Virus record (IMG/VR): IMGVR_UViG_3300045988_179398
Coordinates: 32,001 to 96,000 of that record
Length of the DNA: 64,000 nt
Strand: one strand, 5' to 3'
Origin: a virus
This document shows, one piece after another, positions 30,454 through 40,053 of this stretch. The translations under genes and the position numbers were made by a program. Under the pieces are notes generated by a model, which was not told the origin of the DNA, made no database searches, and saw nothing but the letters and a program-made list of their open reading frames with translations. Every line of letters starts with the position of its first letter. Position 1 is the first letter of the stretch.

Positions 30454-33400
30454 ATGGCGGTTTATAAACCAAGTAATTGCGTCCCGTTTTTATCTTGTTG
30501 GGATTTGACGCAGCCCCAATACATTAGCGGAGAATTGAACACTTCGAATGAAACCGTGACGGGGTATAAAGTTAGAGTTTTAGATAGTGAAAATAACACA
30601 ATTTTTGAAGGGAGCGAGTTTAACCCAATAAACTTTTCAGACAAAGTAATAAACAGCGGTCTCAACGGCTCAATTTTAACTCTTCCCTTAATTGTTTCGG
30701 TTGATAACTTGGAGACTGCGGATGCGCAGTATAATTTTATATATTATCAGAAAGGGCAAAATAAGTGGTATGGTTTTGCCAAAAACTCTTTTTACGAAAT
30801 CTCCAATTTTTCGAACAATTATCCCGACCAGCCATACAAATGGCAGATAACGCTCGCACAGGGTCAGCAAAACATAGATGGTGTTCTTGAACAGCAACCC
30901 TCCGACGAATACTTCGATATGGTAATCGACGAAGCAAAAATTCTCGGCTCGACTGGAAACCGTATTCAGAGTTGGTTGTCGGAAAATATATACAAAGATT
31001 ATTACATTCAATTATACGACGCAAGTAACAACGAACTCGGCGTGAGAACGCGCATCTCGAGTTACGATCATTCTTATGGTTTCATATACCCGCAAGAAAA
31101 TACGATTTCGCAAGAATTGGTCGATAGTGCGAGTTACTTTAAAATCTTCAAAGACACGAATGACCCGCAATACGTTTCAACGGCGAGGTTGATTAATTAC
31201 AGGTTAAAGACCGATATAGACAAGGTTGTGCTTGATGGTAAATTCCCGATAAATACTGAAAGTTTCGATGGTAGATTTAAACCTTCGGGAGATCCTTCTG
31301 TAGTTTCAAACCCTTATTTTACGCAGGTTTATGACGGGGATGTAACGAGTAATGTTACTTACGGAGCTTATACAAGGACAGAGAATACCACACCCCTCGC
31401 GGAAGGTACGACGTTTTTACTTATGTATCAAGGCGATACAAATACCGAACCAAACCCTACTTATAATAAATATAATGGTGTGTTTGCTTTCCAGTCGGCA
31501 GAGTTTAAAGATGGGAAAACCACGATTAAATGGTTACGCCCCGCTAACTTCAACAAATACTCCGATTTTCTTAATCGGTTGATTTGCGTTCAAAGCGAAA
31601 ACACAAATTACAGCACGAGCGCGACGGCAGAAAATCTCGGTACGATTAACCAAACCGAATTGATGTTCTACGACGAAACCGCGATAGGGTTATACCCCGT
31701 TTACGAAGACGGAACCAAGACTCTGAAAGTCGCGGAGGTAACGCTCGCCAATTCCGCGATAGGGAAGCCGCAAAATTTTGAGGGCGGCATCATTTCGTCG
31801 GTAAAGGTCAAAGCTCAACTAACGGGGGTAACCTTAACTGCGATTTGTCTTGGCGGTAATAAGTATGTTGTTAAAGCGCCAGATACATATACAGGAACGG
31901 CAACCGTAAATATCACCTATATGGAAGATAAAGGTGAAGTTTTCAAAAATACGGCGGGAAAGGCGTATATACGCCCGTTTATTGGAATTCATGCGGGCGA
32001 TAAACTTTTTTATGGGAAGGACTTTGCTTCAAGCGTTACAATCGATTATATCGATGACGTCGGTAATTCGAAGAACAAATTTAGCCCGACGTGGTATATC
32101 GAATACAACTCCGCCGAGAAGAAGTTGGACCTCGACGATAAATATTCGATTCGTTCGTTCTTCAAAACAAGCGACGAAAACCCGTTTTACGCAAAAGCTT
32201 CGCCCGTTTTAACCATCGATTGCGATCAATGGGAGAAAGATAGCGAAGATAAATATTACAAAAACGAGTACGGTTATTGCGTATGCAAAAGAAGATATGT
32301 AACATTTAAAGGCACAATTACCAATCGCAACTGGGTTAATTATCAATGGGTATTAACAGACCTTACGACCAACAACACCCAGATTTCCGAGAAAATTTAT
32401 CGCGGTAGTACGGAATGCACTTTTTACGGATTACAAAACGACCATTATTACGAAATATCTTGGATAGTTGAAGACGAGTTTGGCGGCATTTTTACCTGCG
32501 AGCAAGTCTTTTTCTTAGACGTATCCATCAACGACAGCCCGTTCCCGTTCGAAGCGAAATATGAGTGCGAAACGCAATCGGTGCTCATCAACTTCGCCAG
32601 AGATGGCGTAATTATCCCCGATCCTGCATTATATAGTTACGATACGTTTATGGTGAGGGTGGAAGAAGGTTCTAATATTTATCAGCCTTACATTGTGAAA
32701 GGGGAGAAAAATCTCAAGTATACTTATAGGGTTTTGGCTGAAAATAACTTTGACCCCGATAAGGCCGATTACACGATAGAATACGTTGACACCGATACGG
32801 ACAATGGTTATCTTCAATTAGGCGACATACAACCCGAAACTCCGTCCCCCGACCTTACTTATCTTATGAGTTATACGATGACGCAGATAGGAGACTCTGA
32901 ATCGGCAACGGGTGAAATCCCCGCGCCAACATCGGATGATTTTGCGCTCAATTCACAGCACGTTCTTAACGCGAATTTTGTCGGCGATGTGATAACTTAC
33001 GAAATTGACATCGAAGATTTTAACGATTTGCCTGCGCACATAGGGTTAGCGGTAGAATTATTGCCTCCGTCTAAAACTAATGCGGAAGGAGAGGTTGAGG
33101 CAGAAGAAAACCGCAACAAGATAAAGTTGAATTGTTATAAAAAAATCAACAACGGGGCGCCTTTGAATAAATATGAAATCTTTTTCAACATTTTCAAAAA
33201 AGATGGCGGCGGCAAATGGGTAAAAGATGAGAGCGGAAAATGGCAAGAAGAAAATCCCGTTGTCTCAGCATGGATACCCGACAAGGGTTATACGGCAAAA
33301 GACAACCGCGATTATATTCCCACAACACACCCATACGTTTGGGACGGTACGAAACAAGCTCCCGACAATAATTACTTAAACATCACGGGCGAGGGCGCGC

Positions 33401-33795
33401 TAAACAGCAGTTCTTCCGTAATTGTTAATCCGCTCGGCATCACCGATTCGACTGCGAAAAAAGACCGCAGGAGAGTTTGGTATGATAGAAAGACGGAACT
33501 CGTTCAACAAACCGCAGAAGGCGATCAAATCAACGCTTTCAAAGCGGGCGAAGACGGTTATTGGAAATGGCCGAGTGAAAACGAGGGAGATTTTACCTGG
33601 GAAGACGAAGAAGGTACGGAACCCAGCACCATATACTCGCAGACAGAGCTCGTTGGACACACTGGTCGCCAAAACGTCGTTAATTACAAAATGACGTTCA
33701 ACATCGTTGTTAAAAATTACAAAACGTTAAGCGCGAATAAAGATATCGTTTGGCAAGAAAGCATTATCGCTAACGCGTTTATCGAAAAAATATAA
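30454..33795 (+). CDS. Large distal-tail/baseplate-region protein (function unresolved)
   Basis: 1113-aa ORF with GAGGAGG upstream. Its position after the tape measure is where tail-tip/hub proteins usually lie. Confidence 0.5.
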   Translation: MAVYKPSNCVPFLSCWDLTQPQYISGELNTSNETVTGYKVRVLDSENNTIFEGSEFNPINFSDKVINSGLNGSILTLPLIVSVDNLETADAQYNFIYYQKGQNKWYGFAKNSFYEISNFSNNYPDQPYKWQITLAQGQQNIDGVLEQQPSDEYFDMVIDEAKILGSTGNRIQSWLSENIYKDYYIQLYDASNNELGVRTRISSYDHSYGFIYPQENTISQELVDSASYFKIFKDTNDPQYVSTARLINYRLKTDIDKVVLDGKFPINTESFDGRFKPSGDPSVVSNPYFTQVYDGDVTSNVTYGAYTRTENTTPLAEGTTFLLMYQGDTNTEPNPTYNKYNGVFAFQSAEFKDGKTTIKWLRPANFNKYSDFLNRLICVQSENTNYSTSATAENLGTINQTELMFYDETAIGLYPVYEDGTKTLKVAEVTLANSAIGKPQNFEGGIISSVKVKAQLTGVTLTAICLGGNKYVVKAPDTYTGTATVNITYMEDKGEVFKNTAGKAYIRPFIGIHAGDKLFYGKDFASSVTIDYIDDVGNSKNKFSPTWYIEYNSAEKKLDLDDKYSIRSFFKTSDENPFYAKASPVLTIDCDQWEKDSEDKYYKNEYGYCVCKRRYVTFKGTITNRNWVNYQWVLTDLTTNNTQISEKIYRGSTECTFYGLQNDHYYEISWIVEDEFGGIFTCEQVFFLDVSINDSPFPFEAKYECETQSVLINFARDGVIIPDPALYSYDTFMVRVEEGSNIYQPYIVKGEKNLKYTYRVLAENNFDPDKADYTIEYVDTDTDNGYLQLGDIQPETPSPDLTYLMSYTMTQIGDSESATGEIPAPTSDDFALNSQHVLNANFVGDVITYEIDIEDFNDLPAHIGLAVELLPPSKTNAEGEVEAEENRNKIKLNCYKKINNGAPLNKYEIFFNIFKKDGGGKWVKDESGKWQEENPVVSAWIPDKGYTAKDNRDYIPTTHPYVWDGTKQAPDNNYLNITGEGALNSSSSVIVNPLGITDSTAKKDRRRVWYDRKTELVQQTAEGDQINAFKAGEDGYWKWPSENEGDFTWEDEEGTEPSTIYSQTELVGHTGRQNVVNYKMTFNIVVKNYKTLSANKDIVWQESIIANAFIEKI

Positions 33796-33810
33796 AGGAG
33801 GTCGGAAGCA

Positions 33811-34884
33811 ATGGCTAATTCGATGAGAGTATATTTGTCGAAGTACGACAAAGATAAACAAGTAAAAACCATAGGGCAAAAAGTTTATTTCATTAACGTC
33901 TTAAACGGCACGGCTGCCGATCTTGACGCGTCGCAACAAGAGGTAGTGGCTCCGCCGCAAAAGAAGTCTTACCCGTCTAACCCTGCGCAAGCACCCGAAA
34001 TAGTGTGTTTGATAAATTACCAAAAATATTACGACGAGCAAACGGGCAGGCGGTATCTCGAAGAACAAGGTTTCAGCCCGATTACCAAGAGTAATGACGA
34101 TTCTTATTCGGCGATATTTAAACAAGAGATACGCGACACGGGAAGAGTTGACGAAAAGGGCGTCCCTGTATACGAAGAGCTTACGCCGTTAATTCCCGTT
34201 GACACGCAAATAACAAATTTCAAATTCCGAGATTTCAACGTCTCGAATAACAGGACTTATAGGTATATTTTGTACCCGTATGAACAGGCGCCGAAACAGT
34301 CCATTTATAATCTGCAAAAATCGGTTAAAGAACCGATCGGCGTGAATTGGCAAGGGTGGAGTATAACAGAGCTCCACCCCGTCGACGGCTCCAACAAGAA
34401 ATTTACTGCAAGCCCCGACGACGTTTGGGTGTTCAATCTTAACGTTGACACGGGCGAACAGACGCAGAATATTTCGAGACAGGAGCAACAGACGCTCGGA
34501 CAATTCAACCGTTATTCGCAAGGAAGACTCAATTACGTTAGCGGGTCTGTCAACTGCTTACTTGGAAGCGACGTTTTGCCCGCGAGTTACGTTATCAAAA
34601 ATGGCAAAACGGTTAACGAGGGCGGTTATCAAGAAATCAGAAAAACCAACAAAGCCCCGACGTCGAACGAACGCGTCGATATGTTGTTGGCGTGGAGAAG
34701 GCTTGTTATGTCCTCTAACCCGAAACTGCTCAAAGACCGCGCGGGGCAATCATTCCTTGTCACGATAAACAGCTCGACGAATAAACCGATGGACGCAGTG
34801 TATAGACAGCCGAATACGATTAGCTTTACTTGGACGCAAATCGGCACAACTGACGGGCTTCAAATTGTCGGTGTATACGAATAA
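33811..34884 (+). CDS. Hypothetical tail/baseplate-region protein
   Basis: 357-aa ORF with AAGGAGG upstream. Confidence 0.5.
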   Translation: MANSMRVYLSKYDKDKQVKTIGQKVYFINVLNGTAADLDASQQEVVAPPQKKSYPSNPAQAPEIVCLINYQKYYDEQTGRRYLEEQGFSPITKSNDDSYSAIFKQEIRDTGRVDEKGVPVYEELTPLIPVDTQITNFKFRDFNVSNNRTYRYILYPYEQAPKQSIYNLQKSVKEPIGVNWQGWSITELHPVDGSNKKFTASPDDVWVFNLNVDTGEQTQNISRQEQQTLGQFNRYSQGRLNYVSGSVNCLLGSDVLPASYVIKNGKTVNEGGYQEIRKTNKAPTSNERVDMLLAWRRLVMSSNPKLLKDRAGQSFLVTINSSTNKPMDAVYRQPNTISFTWTQIGTTDGLQIVGVYE

Positions 34885-34895
34885 GGGGTGATAAT

Positions 34896-36131
34896 ATGTA
34901 TAGAGTAAAAAATACGGCGAGCGGAGACATCTTGTCATATTATTCCGCTTCCTCTTCGGAAGTGTCAATCCCTCAAATCAAACAAGAGATAGACACTTCC
35001 CCAGTTATAAAGCCGCGTTATAGAATACACATTCTCAATCCAGACGAAACGGTGCGGGAAGATATTCCCGAAGAAGACATTGTTGTAGGTGGTTCGTATA
35101 GCGAGAATTACCAAAATGGGCAGCGTAGAAGTTTGTCTTTTTCGTTGTATAATTTTCACAGAAAATACACACCTTCAATCAATGGGTTGTGGGCGGGCGT
35201 TAAATTGAGCTTGGAACTCGGCATCGAAATCAACGGCGTGGTTGTATGGTTCCCGAAAGGGGTTTACGTTATAAATAATATTTCAGCCACCCGCCAACAA
35301 GGACAGAACGCAGTGTCCGTGGAAGCCAGCGACAAATTCTCAATTCTTGAAGGAGCGGACGGAACGCTTGAAACTTCTTATTCAGTCCCAGTCGGGATGG
35401 AGATTTCCGAGATTATACGCGATTTATTGCGCACTCCAAAGGGGAACGGCGATCCAATAGACCCTCTCGGCATTATATACCACAGTTCGTTCAAAGGCAA
35501 GACCACACAAGCCACGATAACGAAAGAAGTTGGAGACAACATTGGTTCGATAATACTTGATCTTGCGACACAGCTTAACGCCGAAGTGTTTTATGACATC
35601 GAAGGTAGACTAAACGTTGTTCCGATAAATTCGGTTACAGACGACCAAGACAAAGCGATTATTTATCATTTTTACGAAGAGATCGGCGGAGTGGCTGGGC
35701 TCGATTTGTCATTCGATTTGAACAGTATAGTTAATCGGGTTATAGTTATCGGTTCGACGAATAATGGCGAGACATATCGTGCAGTCGTAGTAAACGATAA
35801 CCCTGCTTCGCCGTTGTGTTATCAGAGAATTGGGTATCGCACGGCAAGCCCGATTAGTGACAGCAATATAACGTCGGATATTTTGGCGCGAGAAAGAGCC
35901 GAATACGAGTTACGGCAAAAGCTAATCTTAAAGTCGTCTTCTTCGATTACGGTTCGATATAACCCGCTGCTTCTCGTAAACAACCTTATAACGATTACCG
36001 ATGATTTTTACGGGCTTAATCAGGTGCGGTTTTTAGTTCAGGGAATTTCGTGTTCGTTGGATTATAGCGGTACAATGAGTTTAACGATTTCGAACATACA
36101 GAACTTCACGTTCTTAACAACGGGCAGGTGA
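34896..36131 (+). CDS. Hypothetical tail/baseplate-region protein
   Basis: 411-aa ORF with GGGGTG upstream, coupled to the following small ORF. Confidence 0.5.
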   Translation: MYRVKNTASGDILSYYSASSSEVSIPQIKQEIDTSPVIKPRYRIHILNPDETVREDIPEEDIVVGGSYSENYQNGQRRSLSFSLYNFHRKYTPSINGLWAGVKLSLELGIEINGVVVWFPKGVYVINNISATRQQGQNAVSVEASDKFSILEGADGTLETSYSVPVGMEISEIIRDLLRTPKGNGDPIDPLGIIYHSSFKGKTTQATITKEVGDNIGSIILDLATQLNAEVFYDIEGRLNVVPINSVTDDQDKAIIYHFYEEIGGVAGLDLSFDLNSIVNRVIVIGSTNNGETYRAVVVNDNPASPLCYQRIGYRTASPISDSNITSDILARERAEYELRQKLILKSSSSITVRYNPLLLVNNLITITDDFYGLNQVRFLVQGISCSLDYSGTMSLTISNIQNFTFLTTGR

Positions 36132-36136
36132 TTATT

Positions 36137-36418
36137 ATGACAACAAATGCAGAGCAATTAGTGGATTTGATCCGAGAGATTGTAAAAGAAGAAGTAAAGA
36201 AACAAGACAATACGGTTCCGTGCATAGTTGATTCGATCAATGACGATGGAACGGTAAATTTGTGCATTTTACCCGATTTGGATACAATAGTTAGTCGAAT
36301 ACTTAATCCCAATCATGTCGATTGTCGAGAGGGCGATACGGTTTTATTATATAAAGTTAAAAATCAAATAAATAACTCTTTTATAATTATAAATTATTCT
36401 AGGAGAAGTAATAACTAA
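36137..36418 (+). CDS. Small tail/baseplate-region protein
   Basis: About 93 aa. An alternative GTG start at 36128 overlaps the upstream stop. Last gene of the late operon. Confidence 0.45.
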   Translation: MTTNAEQLVDLIREIVKEEVKKQDNTVPCIVDSINDDGTVNLCILPDLDTIVSRILNPNHVDCREGDTVLLYKVKNQINNSFIIINYSRRSNN

Positions 36419-36485
36419 GTGTTAAGAGTAAAGAATTGTTAGAATTATATAGAAAAGTAAAGAAAGAATGATTTATAATTTTCCC

Positions 36486-36531
36486 AAAAAGGAATATTGG
36501 ATTTCAATAGATTTCCAGTATTCCTTTTTTT
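36486..36531. terminator. Long hairpin terminator closing the late operon (A-run/T-run on both sides, potentially bidirectional)
   Basis: AAAAAGGAATATTGGATTTC...GATTTCCAGTATTCCTTTTTTT. Confidence 0.65.
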
Positions 36532-36561
36532 ATCCGAAAATTTTTTACAGAAACATCGCCT

Positions 36562-36596
36562 AAACGCTTGACAAATCGTTTTCGGTGTGTTATAAT
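36562..36596 (+). promoter_or_regulatory. Consensus phage promoter copy 1 (AAACGC-TTGACA-17-TGnTATAAT)
   Basis: -35 TTGACA at 36568-73, 17-nt spacer, TGTTATAAT with -10 at 36591-96. Confidence 0.8.
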
Positions 36597-36628
36597 GACG
36601 CAGAAGAATGAATTTGGGAGGTAATATT

Positions 36629-36946
36629 ATGGCAAAACAAAGACTTAATACGATGGCTGTAAAAGTAGAAGAGATTTTGAGAGACAGGGTTAAAGCGCGT
36701 GACGACGATAATGTTTTATACGCGTATTTTCTCAATTCGCTCGGTATTTCGGTTCACAAAGCCTCGTTTTGGGAAATCACGCGCCGTGTTGTGAACGGCG
36801 ATTTGCCGTCGATGGAAAGCGTGGGGCGCGTTCGCCGCAAAGTGCAAGAACTCAACCCCGAACTCGTCGGCACGGCAGAGAAAAGAAAAATAAGATATAA
36901 GGCGATAGACGATTATAAGGAATTCGCTCGCCAAAAGGAGATTTGA
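36629..36946 (+). CDS. Hypothetical early protein
   Basis: Start at MAKQRLN after GGGAGG. First gene after promoter 1. Confidence 0.55.
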   Translation: MAKQRLNTMAVKVEEILRDRVKARDDDNVLYAYFLNSLGISVHKASFWEITRRVVNGDLPSMESVGRVRRKVQELNPELVGTAEKRKIRYKAIDDYKEFARQKEI

Positions 36947-36947
36947 T

Positions 36948-37313
36948 ATGGAAGAAAAAGAGGTTTTCAAAGTTCCCCCGAAGGAAGTTCAGCAGGCGGT
37001 TATCGACCGCGTTTTAATGCGGATAGAGGCGCGCCGTTCGAGTTTTACTCGCGAAGACGTAATCGGTTTTGCGAAAGAGGCGAAAATCCCGACCGTATAT
37101 GCGGAGGCGGTTAGCCCCGCCGTTATCGAGGATTTGAGCGGGAGGATCTTCTCTCGGTTACTTGTTAACGGGATGATAATCCCCGTGAAAGGAACGAACT
37201 ATTACAGAAAAATCACCGAGGAAGAGATGGAGGCGGCAAAGAAAGCGTATTTGGCGGCGCAAGAAGAGGCAGAGCAGGAGGCACAAAATGGCGAAAAAAC
37301 CGTACTTAACTAA
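36948..37313 (+). CDS. Hypothetical early protein
   Basis: 121-aa ORF with AAGGAG upstream. Confidence 0.55.
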   Translation: MEEKEVFKVPPKEVQQAVIDRVLMRIEARRSSFTREDVIGFAKEAKIPTVYAEAVSPAVIEDLSGRIFSRLLVNGMIIPVKGTNYYRKITEEEMEAAKKAYLAAQEEAEQEAQNGEKTVLN

Positions 37314-37644
37314 AGAGCAGTTCGTAGAATACATCGGGCGGATAAAGGCGACGTGCGACAAAGACGATATGTTATCAGAAGCGGTAGAGAAAGCGTGTAA
37401 CGACGATTGCCGAGTAATCGGCTTATACGGCGCTGAATGCTCGACGATGGTCGATTTGCTCTCGCTCGCAATGGGTTCGGAAGTTGGGACTTGCGACGGG
37501 AATGAGATTGAGTATTTCATATACGACCTGAACTTCGGGAAAGATTACAATGAAGGATGTTTCACCGAAATGGACGGAACGCCGATAGATATTTCAACGG
37601 CAGAAAAGTTATACGATTATATTGCGTCGGAGGTAGAGGAATGA
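37288..37644 (+). CDS. Hypothetical early protein
   Basis: 118-aa ORF that overlaps the upstream gene by 26 nt. Confidence 0.5.
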   Translation: MAKKPYLTKEQFVEYIGRIKATCDKDDMLSEAVEKACNDDCRVIGLYGAECSTMVDLLSLAMGSEVGTCDGNEIEYFIYDLNFGKDYNEGCFTEMDGTPIDISTAEKLYDYIASEVEE

Positions 37645-38006
37645 TTACGATGTATGACGCGCCTAAAAAAGTCAAGCTCGCCGAGTTGTTCCCCGATTCT
37701 AATCGCAAGTATTATATCAAAACGTTTGAATATGGAACTTACGACAATTTCGTAGTGGCTCTCATATATGCAACGTGCCTCGTTATAGACGATTATTCGC
37801 TCAATTCAAAATTGGTAAAAGACGGAAAATATTCCGCGTGTTTGGCAACGACTTTTATTCCTATCGACGAAGCCGAAAAAATGGGCGGGAATTTTATAAA
37901 CAGTAACCGCAAGTTTGTCGGTTATGGAAACGACCTGAAAATAAGTAAACTCGAAGATTTGACCGATTTCGAGGTTACGGTAAATGGAGAATGGACGAGA
38001 GGCTGA
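37641..38006 (+). CDS. Hypothetical early protein
   Basis: Start taken at the ATGA overlap after GGAGGTAGAGG. Confidence 0.5.
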   Translation: MITMYDAPKKVKLAELFPDSNRKYYIKTFEYGTYDNFVVALIYATCLVIDDYSLNSKLVKDGKYSACLATTFIPIDEAEKMGGNFINSNRKFVGYGNDLKISKLEDLTDFEVTVNGEWTRG

Positions 38007-38007
38007 A

Positions 38008-39057
38008 ATGCTCAAAGACATAAAGGAAAAACTCATAACCAACGCGGACGCGCTCATCGAATTACTCGAAGAATTCGGATTTGAAAAAATTACCCCGCGA
38101 GTAAGCGAAATTCGGTGCGCTCGTGACGCTGATGGCGGTGGGAATAGCATTCAAATTCGTCTTAATAATAACGACGGCGCGTATGTTACCGATTACGCAC
38201 GCGGGACGAAAGGCGAAGATATAATTGCTTATATAATGCGCGAGAAAGGCGTTGATTTCCGCACAGTTGTTGGGAAAATTCAGAAGATTCTCGGTTTGTC
38301 GGACGATTGGGCGAAGCAGAAACAATTGCCGTTATTTGGCGGGTTTTACAATCAAATCGGGCGAAAGAACGCGGAAATCGAGGTAAAGACCTACCCTGAA
38401 AGTGTACTCGACCAATACGATATGACGCCGAATGAACGCTGGATTAAAGACGGAATTACGATCGAGGCACAGCGGTTTTATGGCGTCGGGTATGACGTCG
38501 AAAGCCAAAGGATAATTTTCCCGATTAGAAGCGCGGAAACAGGCGAGATACAGGGAGTAAAGGGACGTGCCAACTTCGACGATTACGATGAATACACGCC
38601 GAAATATATTTACGTTTTACCGACCCCGATGTCGACGACGCTTTTTAATTACTCGGAAAGTTACGGCGATTTATACGGGAACGAAGTTTGGGTTGTAGAG
38701 AGCGAAAAGACATGTATGATTGGTTACGGGTTTGGCGTAAAAAACATTGTCGCGCTCGGTTCGCACTCGTTGTCTGAAAAACAGGCGCAACTGATTTTAC
38801 AGCTTAACCCAAAACGCGTGATTATGGCACTCGACGAAGGGCTGGATTTTGAAGCGACCGAAACGAATCTGAAATTATTGAAGTCGTTTTCGGCGTTACG
38901 CGATCTTGAATTATGGTACTGGGACACGACGCTCGACCCGACGATCAAAGGGGCGAAGTGCGGTCCGTGTGACAACGGCGCGGAGTATTTCGAAAAGGTA
39001 AAAACCGAACAGTTGAAAAGGTGGAATTATGGCAAAGAGAAAGACGAAAAAGTTTAA
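38008..39057 (+). CDS. DNA primase (DnaG-like TOPRIM catalytic core)
   Basis: RIIFPIRSAETGEIQGVKGR...PKYIYV...VWVVESEKTCMIGYGFG..NIVALGSHSLSEKQ...VIMALDEGLD matches the DnaG RNA-polymerase/TOPRIM pattern. Confidence 0.8.
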   Translation: MLKDIKEKLITNADALIELLEEFGFEKITPRVSEIRCARDADGGGNSIQIRLNNNDGAYVTDYARGTKGEDIIAYIMREKGVDFRTVVGKIQKILGLSDDWAKQKQLPLFGGFYNQIGRKNAEIEVKTYPESVLDQYDMTPNERWIKDGITIEAQRFYGVGYDVESQRIIFPIRSAETGEIQGVKGRANFDDYDEYTPKYIYVLPTPMSTTLFNYSESYGDLYGNEVWVVESEKTCMIGYGFGVKNIVALGSHSLSEKQAQLILQLNPKRVIMALDEGLDFEATETNLKLLKSFSALRDLELWYWDTTLDPTIKGAKCGPCDNGAEYFEKVKTEQLKRWNYGKEKDEKV

Positions 39058-39337
39058 AGGGTTTCACAATTTATCGGTGGGGCTTTTTGGTTATCGCGGT
39101 TGGCATTGGTATAAAAATATCGGCGATTTCTGGATTTTGATTAAACGTGTGTTTTTTACCTTAAATCATGGTTACGCGCCGCAGGCATTATGGGAAACCG
39201 ATAGTTGGTTTATCGGGGTTATGCGAGAAATTCTAACGGATTATCGTAATAATCGAAATTTTGTCGGTATCAAGTTTGGCATGGTGGCGGCGAATATGAT
39301 GGGCAAGAAGTATGTTCGAAACATTATACCCAATTAA
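39029..39337 (+). CDS. Hypothetical protein
   Basis: 102-aa ORF that overlaps the primase end. Trp-rich, no motif recognised. Confidence 0.4.
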   Translation: MAKRKTKKFKGFHNLSVGLFGYRGWHWYKNIGDFWILIKRVFFTLNHGYAPQALWETDSWFIGVMREILTDYRNNRNFVGIKFGMVAANMMGKKYVRNIIPN

Positions 39338-39354
39338 GAAACAAGGGTAAAATT

Positions 39355-40053
39355 TTGGATTCAGCTCCTGCACCACATATTAATGTAGAAGATAGAGTTT
39401 GTGATGTTTGCGGTTCAACACATCATGTGATTTATCATAACGGAAGATACTATTGTTTAAGGCACTATTCGCAAATTAAAAACCTCGGTGGTTTACGCCC
39501 GATAACAGTTTTCGATAGAAATGAATATGATACAGACGGCGATATAACTTATATTTATATTAGAAATGGTAAGAATGAACGCGTCGCCACTTGTAAAATA
39601 GATACAGAAGATCTTGATGGGATAATTAAGCATAAGTGGAGTTTAGGAACATGGGGCTATGCTTCGACTATGCTTGACGGCAACAGTATAATGATGCAAC
39701 GTTATGTACTTGGTGTGTATGACAAAAAAGATATTGTAGATCATATAAATAGGGACCCGCTTGATAATAGAAAGAGTAATTTGAGGATAGTAAATAAATC
39801 TTTAAACTCAATAAATGCAGGGTTGCGAGCGAATAATGTAAGCGGTGTGACTGGTGTTAGTTGGAGTAATTCATTATCCCATTGGCGTGCTTATATAAAT
39901 TATGACGGAAAAAGAATAGAACTAGGATACTTTAATTCATTCGAAGATGCGGTTACCGCTCGTTTAATGGCCGAAAATAAATATTATGCTGGGTTGCAAC
40001 CCCAAATAGAATTATTTGAGAAATACGGAGTTAAAATAGAAAATGGGCAATAA
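39355..40053 (+). CDS. HNH homing endonuclease with AP2 DNA-binding domain
   Basis: DHINRDPLDNRKSNLRIV (HNH) followed by GVTGVSWSNSLSHWRAYINYDGKRIELGYFNSFEDAVTARL (AP2). TTG start. Wedged between the primase and the polymerase. Confidence 0.8.
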   Translation: MDSAPAPHINVEDRVCDVCGSTHHVIYHNGRYYCLRHYSQIKNLGGLRPITVFDRNEYDTDGDITYIYIRNGKNERVATCKIDTEDLDGIIKHKWSLGTWGYASTMLDGNSIMMQRYVLGVYDKKDIVDHINRDPLDNRKSNLRIVNKSLNSINAGLRANNVSGVTGVSWSNSLSHWRAYINYDGKRIELGYFNSFEDAVTARLMAENKYYAGLQPQIELFEKYGVKIENGQ